In this document: positions 8,577-15,571 of the stretch, piece by piece | Position numbering within the stretch: position 1 is the stretch's first letter | How the letters are laid out: every line of letters begins with the position of its first letter | From: Gemmatimonadales bacterium | Lineage (GTDB): Bacteria; Gemmatimonadota; Gemmatimonadetes; Gemmatimonadales; GWC2-71-9 | DNA length: 33,592 bases | Reading direction: 5' to 3' | Assembly (NCBI GenBank): GCA_036444955.1 | Contig: JAZFQE010000149.1 | Coordinates: 1 to 33,592, forward strand | Translations under genes and position numbers: made by a program | The notes under the pieces: generated by a model | Told to the model about the DNA's origin: nothing | Databases searched by the model: none | Seen by the model: only the letters and a program-made list of their open reading frames with translations

Positions 8577-10253
8577 CTAGCTACCCGATTTCCCCGTCCG
8601 TCTCAGCCTCTCACGAGCAATGAGCCACTGCTGGGGAAGACTGGCCACGTTGCTCACTGCGTAGTAGAGGTTGAGGCCCGCCGGAAAGTTGATGCCAATT
8701 ACTAGAAACATCCCGGGCATTAGGTACAACATCATCTTCGCCTGAGGATTCGGGGGAACCCCGATCTGCCCGATTTTGAAAAGCACGTACATGGACGCGC
8801 CCATCACGATCGGGATTACGAACAGTGGGTCTGGCCTGGCAAGATCCGGGAGCCAGAGAAACGGCGCTCCGCGGAGCTCGATCGTGTTCTGAAACACGAA
8901 GAAGAGCGCAAAAAGTATTGGCATAGGCAGCAGCATAGGCAAGCATCCCCCCAACGGGTTAACGCCGTGCTGCTTATATAGCTTCATGAGCTCCTGCTGC
9001 ATTTTTTGAGGTTCGTCCTTGTACTGCTTTTGGAGAGTCTTTATCTCCGGCTGCAGAGCCTGCATGGCAACGCCGGAGCGCATGGCCTTCTGGTTGAGCG
9101 GCCAGAGCAGCAATCTGACGGCGATGCCGAAGACGATGAGAACCCACCCGTAAGCCAGCCTCAGGTTCTCATGCATCCACAGAAGGATCTTGACGATGAG
9201 AGCCGTAAAGGGCTGTATCACTGGCCTGAGAATCCAGCCGTACGGATTCACCTCTGTTAAATCGTGACCAATCCTTGCCAGTCGTCGAAACTCCTGGGGG
9301 CCCACGTACACTGAGTGGCCGAACCTGCCGCCGGGCGCCGGAAGTGTGACTTCTACGCGTGTGTTGGTCGCAAATTTCCCGGTTCGCATCCCACCCGTCG
9401 CAACTGCTCCCCCCAACCTCGGTTCGCCTTCTTCAATCGTGAGTATCGCCGCGACGAAATACTTAGACTTGATCGCCACCCACTCGAAAGGTCCGGGTAG
9501 CTCCTTGCGCTCGCCCGGGTCTAGCGAACTGAACTTGAGGTTTTCAGTCGAGTTTGCTTTAGTCACGACCCCATACGAGCGAAAATCGCCAGCTGTGTCG
9601 ACTTCCGTGGCCCTCAACCTGGGTCCGAGACCTACCAGCACGAGACCGGCTTCACCGCCAACACGACCGCCCTGGCGTACAACATCGATCCGACCCGCAA
9701 CATCAAACAGATACCTGTCTGGCTGAAACCGATATTGCAGGGTGATCTGAACTCCCCCCCTTCGCGCTACCCAGGTGATGGCTGCTCCCTCGGGCCCAAC
9801 GATCACGGAGTCGTCTGAAGGCTCAAACAACCAGTTTCTCAGAGGCACCGTGTCGGCGCCTAACAGCAGGCTGTAGGCAAGGAAATCGGCGCCTTCCGGG
9901 ATCACGTTGGCGTACCCTGAATCGCCAGAGACGAACGATCTGTACTCATACAGAGTTGCTCCAGAGAGCTGCGCACCCCGGGGGGAAAACTCGAAGCGAT
10001 AGATGGGTGAATAGACCACTACCGGTTCCGCTTCCACCGCGGCCGTGACCTGAGCTTCCCCGACGGGTAGGACGGACACCTCTGTCACGACGGTGTCTGC
10101 AGCGATCGCGGGTGCGCCTCCCGGTTCCCGCCCAAAGACCGTATCGGCCGGAACAACCTCTGGGCGTGGGCCCGGCTTAGGTGGGAACAAAATCGAGGGA
10201 AGCACCGCCACGACGAGCATAAGGGCGATGGCTAAGAGTATACGACGATCCAT
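8577..10253 (-). CDS. yidC: Membrane protein insertase YidC
   Basis: 558 aa. It has an N-terminal TM, a large periplasmic domain and the conserved C-terminal 5-TM core (GWVLIVFGIAVRLLLWPL, NPLGGCLPMLLPMPILFALF). It sits in the conserved rnpA-yidD-yidC-mnmE position. Confidence 0.95.
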   Translation of the reverse strand: MDRRILLAIALMLVVAVLPSILFPPKPGPRPEVVPADTVFGREPGGAPAIAADTVVTEVSVLPVGEAQVTAAVEAEPVVVYSPIYRFEFSPRGAQLSGATLYEYRSFVSGDSGYANVIPEGADFLAYSLLLGADTVPLRNWLFEPSDDSVIVGPEGAAITWVARRGGVQITLQYRFQPDRYLFDVAGRIDVVRQGGRVGGEAGLVLVGLGPRLRATEVDTAGDFRSYGVVTKANSTENLKFSSLDPGERKELPGPFEWVAIKSKYFVAAILTIEEGEPRLGGAVATGGMRTGKFATNTRVEVTLPAPGGRFGHSVYVGPQEFRRLARIGHDLTEVNPYGWILRPVIQPFTALIVKILLWMHENLRLAYGWVLIVFGIAVRLLLWPLNQKAMRSGVAMQALQPEIKTLQKQYKDEPQKMQQELMKLYKQHGVNPLGGCLPMLLPMPILFALFFVFQNTIELRGAPFLWLPDLARPDPLFVIPIVMGASMYVLFKIGQIGVPPNPQAKMMLYLMPGMFLVIGINFPAGLNLYYAVSNVASLPQQWLIARERLRRTGKSGS

Positions 10254-10261
10254 CGTTCTCT

Positions 10262-10501
10262 CTACGGAACTAGGTCAATCCCGCCGCGGCTAAAGGGGTG
10301 GCAGCGAAGAATCCGCCTCATAACCAACCACGAACCCCGCATCAACCCGTATTTGCGCAGCGCGTCGAGGGCATATGTAGAGCAGGTTGGTTGGTACCTG
10401 CAAGGCGAAGGGAACGGCGAGGCCATCACCTGATAGGCCCTAACGAGCCCGATGGCCAGCAGACCCGGCAACCCAGCTACTCCGCTAAGAATCGGTGCCA
10501 T
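10262..10501 (-). CDS. yidD: Membrane protein insertion efficiency factor YidD
   Basis: 79 aa with the YidD signature C-R-Y-x-P-T-C-S-x-Y (PCRYQPTCSTYALDAL). It lies in the conserved position between rnpA and yidC. Confidence 0.9.
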   Translation of the reverse strand: MAPILSGVAGLPGLLAIGLVRAYQVMASPFPSPCRYQPTCSTYALDALRKYGLMRGSWLVMRRILRCHPFSRGGIDLVP

Positions 10502-10821
10502 GATTCCAGTTCATTCGACAACTTCTCCCTACTCAGCTGGTAGGCTTCCTTACGGGATCGAACCACTAGATCTACGGGAGGTAGGTTGGGAAGAACCCTG
10601 CGCCTCAGAATCTCGCGGAGCCTTCGCCTAATCTTGTTTCGGTCTACAGCTGAAGCTCCATACTTAGGAACCACGAGGCCGACGCGGGGGTGGCCACAAT
10701 CATTCGGCGTCCATGACAGCTCGAACGGGCCGGAGCGGCGACGGCGGCCGTGATGCAGAACAGCTCGAATTTCCCTCCCTAAAGTGAGTCGCCATGTCCG
10801 CGGTAACCCTTCGGACGTCAG
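10477..10821 (-). CDS. rnpA: Ribonuclease P protein component RnpA (start proposed at CTG 10821; the ORF track gives only the C-terminal 65 aa from GTG 10674)
   Basis: The frame stays open up to 10881. The translation upstream of 10674 ([65 protein letters not shown]) aligns with the N-terminal half and RNR motif of bacterial RnpA. No ATG, GTG or TTG occurs in that stretch. CTG at 10821 gives a 114-aa protein. Confidence 0.75.
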   Translation of the reverse strand: MTSEGLPRTWRLTLGREIRAVLHHGRRRRSGPFELSWTPNDCGHPRVGLVVPKYGASAVDRNKIRRRLREILRRRVLPNLPPVDLVVRSRKEAYQLSREKLSNELESWHRFLAE

Positions 10822-10979
10822 CTTCCCCCATGTTTGGACGGTATTCTTACGGTAAGCTTCTTCCGACCCTTCTTCCGTCGCCTATTGATCACAGCGCGAC
10901 CCCAGCGCGTGCTCATGCGGGCACGAAAACCGTGTTTGTTTGCGCGCCGCCTGTTGCGGGGTCGATACGTCGGTTTCAT
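10818..10979 (-). CDS. rpmH: 50S ribosomal protein L34
   Basis: Hand translation of the minus strand gives [53 protein letters not shown] (53 aa), a classic L34 sequence directly upstream of rnpA. At under 60 aa it is missing from the ORF track. Confidence 0.9.
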   Translation of the reverse strand: MKPTYRPRNRRRANKHGFRARMSTRWGRAVINRRRKKGRKKLTVRIPSKHGGS

Positions 10980-11086
10980 CTCTCTTGGCTACCTAACTTA
11001 CGACAGGCATGGAGACTTGATCTCCCGTTTCTCAACTTCGTTTCCGGGCGGGGTAAGCTACCTGCAAGAATAGCTCTTGGTCAAGG

Positions 11087-11115
11087 TTGACTTTTCCACA
11101 CCGTAGTAATAAAAT
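11087..11115 (+). promoter_or_regulatory. Sigma70-type promoter for dnaA (-35 TTGACT, 17-bp spacer, -10 TAAAAT)
   Basis: TTGACT lies at 11087-11092 and TAAAAT at 11110-11115, exactly 17 bp apart and about 40 nt upstream of the dnaA ATG. Confidence 0.55.
11092..11100 (+). promoter_or_regulatory. DnaA-box-like 9-mer TTTTCCACA inside the dnaA promoter spacer
   Basis: It matches the relaxed DnaA-box consensus TT(A/T)TNCACA. Its position between the -35 and -10 elements is consistent with dnaA autoregulation. It is a single copy only. Confidence 0.4.
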
Positions 11116-11154
11116 CTTGCGCCCTTTCGTACCTACGAGCACTTCATGAACTAG

Positions 11155-12540
11155 ATGCCAGCTAACCTTTCAGCCAGAGAGGCGTGGTCCCGCCTCGTTG
11201 CCGAAGCAAAAAAAGAACTTCCTCACGCAACGGTTCGGACCTGGCTGGAACCTGCCGAACCAATCTCTCTAGAGGATGGGCAGCTCGTCCTAGGGGCGCC
11301 TGACCAGTTCGCCGTCGAGTGGAACGCTTCCAAGCACAGCAACTTGCTCAAGAGAATCGCCAACGAAGTCCTCGGAACCGAGTTGGAGATCGAGTTCAAA
11401 GTGCAGGAAGAGCAATCTAAGCGGCCTCAGATGGATCTGTGGGTTCCACCCAGGAGCGAGGGTCGCTCGGCGGCGGGAAAAGTGGGCCGTCCGCTCAACG
11501 AGCGCTACACCTTTGCCAGTTTCGTGATCGGTAGGTCGAACGAGCTGGCCGCGGCCGCAGCACATGCAGTGGCAGAGGCCCCCGGAAAGACATACAACCC
11601 GCTTTTCATCTACGGCGCCACTGGACTCGGCAAGACACACCTGATGCAGGCCATAGCCCATGCGCTCCTTCAGAAGAACGAAACCGCGCAGGTCGTCTAC
11701 ATGGGTGCCGAGCAGTTCACCAACGAGGTGATCGAGAGCATCCACGGTCGGAAGATGCCCGAGTTTAGGAAGCGTTACCGATCCGACATAGAGATCTTCC
11801 TGGTTGACGACGTACACTTCCTAGAGGGAAAGGAGATGACCCAGGAGGAGTTCTTCCACACTTTCAACGCCTTGCACGAAGCTGGCAAGCAGATCGTGCT
11901 CACCTCCGACCGGGGCCCAACAGAGATTCCTGGCCTAGAGTCACGATTGGTGAGTCGCTTCGAGTGGGGAATGGTCACGGATGTCAGTCAGCCAGATCTC
12001 GAGCACCGCATCGCTATCCTCCGGAAAAAGGCGCAACAGGATAACCTGGAACTCACAATTCCGGATGATGTGATGCGTTTCATTGCTGAGCACGTGCGCA
12101 GCTCGGTCAGAGAGCTTGAGGGCTGCATAATCAAGCTGCTTCTTTACGCCTCGCTAAAGCACCGAGAGGTAACTATTGAGCTCGCGAGGGAGGCTCTCAG
12201 CGACAAGATCCGTCATGGTGAGGAACTGTCGGGGGGCATGCCCCTGGCCGTACCCAGCGTTGACCGCGTGCAGGAGGTAGTCGCCCGCCGTTGGGGTGTC
12301 ACACCGGAGGGGCTCCGCTCCAAGTCCAGAACAAAGTCACTCACGACACCTCGGCAGGTAGCAATGTTCCTAGCACGTAATCTCCTAGGGATGCAGCTTG
12401 TCGAGATAGGCCAAGCTTTTGGAGGCCGGGATCACTCGACGGTCATCCACAGTGTGGGTAAGGTCGAGCGTGTTATGAAGACAGACCGCCAGTTCAAGGA
12501 CCGCGTAAGCCTTGCTAGCCGCGAGTTGTCGGCACCTTAA
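11155..12540 (+). CDS. dnaA: Chromosomal replication initiator protein DnaA
   Basis: 461 aa. It has the AAA+ Walker A (GATGLGKTHL), Walker B (FLVDDVHFL) and sensor motifs, and the C-terminal DNA-binding domain (FGGRDHSTVIHS). Confidence 0.97.
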   Translation: MPANLSAREAWSRLVAEAKKELPHATVRTWLEPAEPISLEDGQLVLGAPDQFAVEWNASKHSNLLKRIANEVLGTELEIEFKVQEEQSKRPQMDLWVPPRSEGRSAAGKVGRPLNERYTFASFVIGRSNELAAAAAHAVAEAPGKTYNPLFIYGATGLGKTHLMQAIAHALLQKNETAQVVYMGAEQFTNEVIESIHGRKMPEFRKRYRSDIEIFLVDDVHFLEGKEMTQEEFFHTFNALHEAGKQIVLTSDRGPTEIPGLESRLVSRFEWGMVTDVSQPDLEHRIAILRKKAQQDNLELTIPDDVMRFIAEHVRSSVRELEGCIIKLLLYASLKHREVTIELAREALSDKIRHGEELSGGMPLAVPSVDRVQEVVARRWGVTPEGLRSKSRTKSLTTPRQVAMFLARNLLGMQLVEIGQAFGGRDHSTVIHSVGKVERVMKTDRQFKDRVSLASRELSAP

Positions 12541-12768
12541 TTCAGAAAGTTGATAATGATTGTTGGTAGCTGGGGAATCGTTGGAATAGAGGCGAGCGAC
12601 GTCGACGGAACATAAACAAAGTCTACATTCTTCCAACAACCGCGGCGGCGGGAAACTAATTGCTGGTAACAGGTTGGTAATTCTTTCCAGATTTCAAGAG
12701 ACCCTACTAGTACTACTAGTTAGATATATATGGCATAGTGATAGTATAAGAATAAGAGAGAGCACCGG
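12541..12768. other. Candidate oriC / DNA-unwinding module in the dnaA-dnaN spacer (it may also contain the dnaN promoter)
   Basis: There are five G(T/C)TGG(T/A)A boxes between 12561 and 12680. A TAG/TAC trinucleotide-periodic tract lies at 12704-12722. The block at 12704-12760 is about 70% A+T by hand count. The location matches the dnaA-dnaN origin position of many bacteria. Confidence 0.4.
12704..12721. repeat. Tandem 9-bp direct repeat CTACTAGTA / CTACTAGTT
   Basis: Read directly from the sequence. On the minus strand it reads TAG-TAG-TAC-TAG-TAG. Confidence 0.9.
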
Positions 12769-13878
12769 ATGAAGTTTACGATAACACGAGATCATCTTCA
12801 CGAAGGCCTGACGGCAGTGGCTGCAAGTATACCTACTAGAACAACCCTTCCCGTGCTCTCGAACATACTTATCGAAGCTACAGATGCCGGAGTCAGGCTT
12901 TCGGGTACGGATCTCGATATCGCTGTTAGTACTGTCGTGGCGGCGGAAGTGGATAGTGAGGGTTCTCTCACGCTGCCTGCCAAGAAGTTAGTCGAGATTG
13001 TTAAGGAGCTGCCAACCGCTGCGATTCGAGTAACCGCCGGTGGCGAACAACAGGTGAATCTCGAGTGCGGCCGGTCACGGTTCAAGCTGTTGGGGATCCC
13101 CAAGGATGAGTTTCCCACTTTCCCAGCAGTGGATTTTGCAGACTGCTGGAAGGTGAGTTGTTCAGACCTGCATAAGTTGATCAGTCATGTAACATTTGCT
13201 GCCTCTACGGAGGAGAGTCGTCCGATCCTGAACGGTGTTTTATGGGAGTTGGCCGAAGACCAGATGAGGATGATCGCGACAAATGGACATCGTCTGGCAA
13301 AGATGGGTGTTTCGGTGAAGGGGACGTCAGCGAGCTCGGAACTAATCGTTCCGCCTAAGGCACTGGAGCAGATCCGTAAACTCTTTGGCCCACAGGACGA
13401 GGTGGAGATTGCCAAGAGCGAGAATCACCTAGGATTTAGATGCGGATCCACCAGAGTCTACACGCGTCTGATTGAGGGACCCTATCCGAACTACGAGCAG
13501 GTAATACCGCGCGAGAACGACAAGATTGCTACGATCGATAAGCAGGCGCTGGCGTCAGCAATACGGAGAGTTGGGGTAGTTGCGAGCGATCAGACGCACA
13601 GGGTACGCCTCGCCTTCAGCTCGGGCATGCTCCAGTTTTCGGTTAGCACCCCGGATCTGGGTGAAGCTCAAGACGAAATTGCTGTTTCTTACGAAGGGGA
13701 GCCGATCGAAATAGGGTTCAACGCTAACTACGTGTTGGAAATTCTAAAATGGATGCCCACTGAGGAGATCCAATTCAGCATGAAGGGCCCTGAGCGGGCT
13801 ACTACGATTGAGCCGGTGGGGTGGGATGACCCGGCGTCCTACCTCTGCTTGGTCATGCCGCTGAGGCTCGTGGACTGA
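12769..13878 (+). CDS. dnaN: DNA polymerase III subunit beta (sliding clamp)
   Basis: 369 aa. It begins MKFTITRDHL....V....P.R.TLPVLSNILIEA and ends LVMPLRL, typical of DnaN, and lies directly downstream of dnaA. Confidence 0.95.
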   Translation: MKFTITRDHLHEGLTAVAASIPTRTTLPVLSNILIEATDAGVRLSGTDLDIAVSTVVAAEVDSEGSLTLPAKKLVEIVKELPTAAIRVTAGGEQQVNLECGRSRFKLLGIPKDEFPTFPAVDFADCWKVSCSDLHKLISHVTFAASTEESRPILNGVLWELAEDQMRMIATNGHRLAKMGVSVKGTSASSELIVPPKALEQIRKLFGPQDEVEIAKSENHLGFRCGSTRVYTRLIEGPYPNYEQVIPRENDKIATIDKQALASAIRRVGVVASDQTHRVRLAFSSGMLQFSVSTPDLGEAQDEIAVSYEGEPIEIGFNANYVLEILKWMPTEEIQFSMKGPERATTIEPVGWDDPASYLCLVMPLRLVD

Positions 13879-13880
13879 CG

Positions 13881-14843
13881 CTACGGAATAGGCCTGAGGA
13901 TTCGGGACGCCACCCCAGTAAAACTAACGGTCTGAAGCCGGGACCGGGGCTCTTGAACCACCGTCCCGAGTGAAACTACCGAGGCGTCGCCGAGCGAGAT
14001 ACCAATATGCAGGCGGACGAGGCTGAGACCGTCGTCCAACTCCAATAGCACCAACCCTCCCGCGCGGAGCCGAGGGTGCGAGATCGCCCCCCTCAGCCTA
14101 TAACCCAACTCAACGTCGGAGTCGCTAGTGCGCTCTGCCGCGGTTATTTCCGCCGCGAAGGAGGTCCGCTGCCACGGCGTGAAGTTAACGCTACCGACTG
14201 CGGTGAGAGGTAGAGTCTCGCCTCGCACCGTGGGCCGGCCGATGTGCCTAATCACGAAACCGAAGTCGAATGCTTCCCTAGGACGAAGTCTCACCCCCAC
14301 GTCAGCGTCCCGCTTGTTGTCACCGCTTCCGTGGTACAGACTAATCGCTAGGCCAACCGCTCCCAGTTCGAACGGAGAACTCAGCCCTAATCTGTACGTA
14401 CTTCCGGTGAATCCGTTGAGGAATCGATCCTTCTGGAAAACCAAGGCGAGTCCGCGAGAGCTAAAGCCGAGGGAATATTGCCCGATCCGCGTATCGGATC
14501 CTTCGGGGAAATCCAGCCGTGCCTCGAGCATTACGGATGCCTCCGGGATCATCGAAAGTCCTGCAGGGTTGGACCACGCAGCGCGGACATCAGTCGACGT
14601 CGAAGCGAAATCGTAAGCCCTGGACCGGGGCTCGCCTACCTGGGCGCTGCCATTGTCGGTGGATGTCGCGAGGGCAAGCGCGACAATGACGTGCAACCCG
14701 ATCGTCTTTGGCCTCAGGAAAATCTGTCCGACTTGGGAGCGTTCGATGGGCAGCCGGACGATAGCATCTGGTGTGGCCGGCGCATGCAATTTGGGCGGTG
14801 GCTCAGCTGGCGGGATTTCCGAGTCCTTCGCGTGTGCGACCAA
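13881..14843 (-). CDS. Hypothetical protein, probable outer-membrane beta-barrel (start ambiguous)
   Basis: 320-aa ORF. After a hydrophobic signal-like segment (LHVIVALALATS) it shows alternating beta-strand-like patterning, a W-S-N-P-A-G-L motif of the kind seen near the N-terminus of FadL/PorV-like barrels, and an aromatic-poor C-terminus. In-frame TTG candidates lie at 14843, 14789 and 14696. Confidence 0.4.
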   Translation of the reverse strand: MVAHAKDSEIPPAEPPPKLHAPATPDAIVRLPIERSQVGQIFLRPKTIGLHVIVALALATSTDNGSAQVGEPRSRAYDFASTSTDVRAAWSNPAGLSMIPEASVMLEARLDFPEGSDTRIGQYSLGFSSRGLALVFQKDRFLNGFTGSTYRLGLSSPFELGAVGLAISLYHGSGDNKRDADVGVRLRPREAFDFGFVIRHIGRPTVRGETLPLTAVGSVNFTPWQRTSFAAEITAAERTSDSDVELGYRLRGAISHPRLRAGGLVLLELDDGLSLVRLHIGISLGDASVVSLGTVVQEPRSRLQTVSFTGVASRILRPIP

Positions 14844-15012
14844 AAACGGCAGTCATTTCGGTTTTCTCAGTAGAGACCTTGAGGAGCTTCCAACCCTTCC
14901 GCTTCATCTCGTTTCGCCAAGAGATGAGCTTGGCCCACTGACTTGGAGTTGTCCGGAACACCCGTAGCTCGGCTACCTTATCCCACGATTCGGGGTATGG
15001 CTTGGATTCCAC
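14803..15012 (-). CDS. Small hypothetical protein (69 aa, 4 Trp), weakly DUF4177-like at best
   Basis: GTG-initiated ORF between rnpB and the barrel-like ORF. Its codon third-position GC is similar to that of neighbouring genes. The segment ...MKRKGWKLLKVSTEKTEMTAVFGRTRE resembles the GW-hydrophobic-V/S...F-x-R ending of small alpha/beta domains. No firm family assignment is possible by eye. Confidence 0.3.
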   Translation of the reverse strand: MESKPYPESWDKVAELRVFRTTPSQWAKLISWRNEMKRKGWKLLKVSTEKTEMTAVFGRTREGLGNPAS

Positions 15013-15074
15013 CGTTTATTAAACCTTGGTGTCCGTAAGTTAATGTTATAGGGTCAGTTGCTGGGCAACCGGTG

Positions 15075-15446
15075 GGCGAGGAAGGTGAGGCCGTAAGCCG
15101 AGTTCTGTTCGTCCGGCGGTGCCGGACGGATGGTCATCTATCTAGGACACCGATCACTCGGTGCCTCGAGCGGTCTACCCGCGGCTCAGCGCGGCCCGGG
15201 CCAAGCCTCGCCGCCTATTTGGCCTTGCTCCAACCGGGGGTTGCCGTGCCACGCCTGTTACCAGGCGCGCGGTGGGCTCTTACCCCACCTTTTCACCCTT
15301 GCCCGAAACGGGCGGTATGTTTTCTGTGGCCCTGTCCGTCGCCTCTCGGCGCCCAGGTGTTACCTGGCGGTCTGCCCTGCGGAGCTCGGACTTTCCTCGA
15401 CCGATCGCCAGACCGGCCGCGACCATCCCGCCCCACCTTCTTCAAC
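15075..15446 (-). ncRNA. rnpB: RNase P RNA, bacterial type A
   Basis: The minus strand contains all the universally conserved blocks. These are GAGGAAAGTCCGAGCTC (complement of 15382-15398), AAGGGTGAAAAGGTGGGGTAAGAGCCCACC, GGTAACAGGCGTGGCACGG, GCAAGGCCAAATAGG, CCTAGATAGATGACC and ACAGAACTCGGCTTAC. A P1 pairing joins GAAGAAGGTG (5' end, about 15443) to CACCTTCCTC (3' end, about 15078). End coordinates are accurate to about 5 nt. Confidence 0.9.
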
Positions 15447-15571
15447 CGCAGTAAACATAAGCAATTAAGCGGCGAATGCCCGCCGCAGTTTGATCCCTCC
15501 GCTGAGGGGCGTTGAACCTACGTTGAACGCGAGAGTGCACTCTGCCCGCGAGTTGTAGCCCAGAGGCAGGT

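Noticed and set aside
10794-11090. Plus-strand ORFs of 98 aa and 79 aa (10794-11090 and 10834-11073).
   Set aside because: They are antisense to the clearly recognisable rpmH (L34) gene and to the rnpA N-terminus, and they run into the rpmH-dnaA promoter region. They have no family-like features.
11146-11154. The mini-ORF ATG-AAC-TAG abutting the dnaA start codon, as a possible regulatory start-stop element.
   Set aside because: A 2-codon ORF is easily produced by chance, and the sequence alone gives no supporting signal. It is mentioned under the dnaA promoter finding only as context.
11290-11817. A 175-aa ORF antisense to dnaA.
   Set aside because: It lies fully inside the AAA+ domain of dnaA on the opposite strand and has no recognisable motifs.
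12554-12613. A 19-codon ORF (ATGATTGTTGGTAGC...TAA) in the dnaA-dnaN spacer, as a possible small peptide gene.
   Set aside because: It has no RBS and overlaps the repeated GTTGGTA boxes, which are better read as DNA-level sites. It is too short to evaluate.
15072-15515. Three overlapping plus-strand ORFs (15072-15515, 15130-15468, 15161-15454) that might look like a gene or overlapping genes.
   Set aside because: The opposite strand is a complete type-A RNase P RNA. All three frames being open, with Pro/Arg/Ala-rich translations, is what a GC-rich structured RNA produces by chance.
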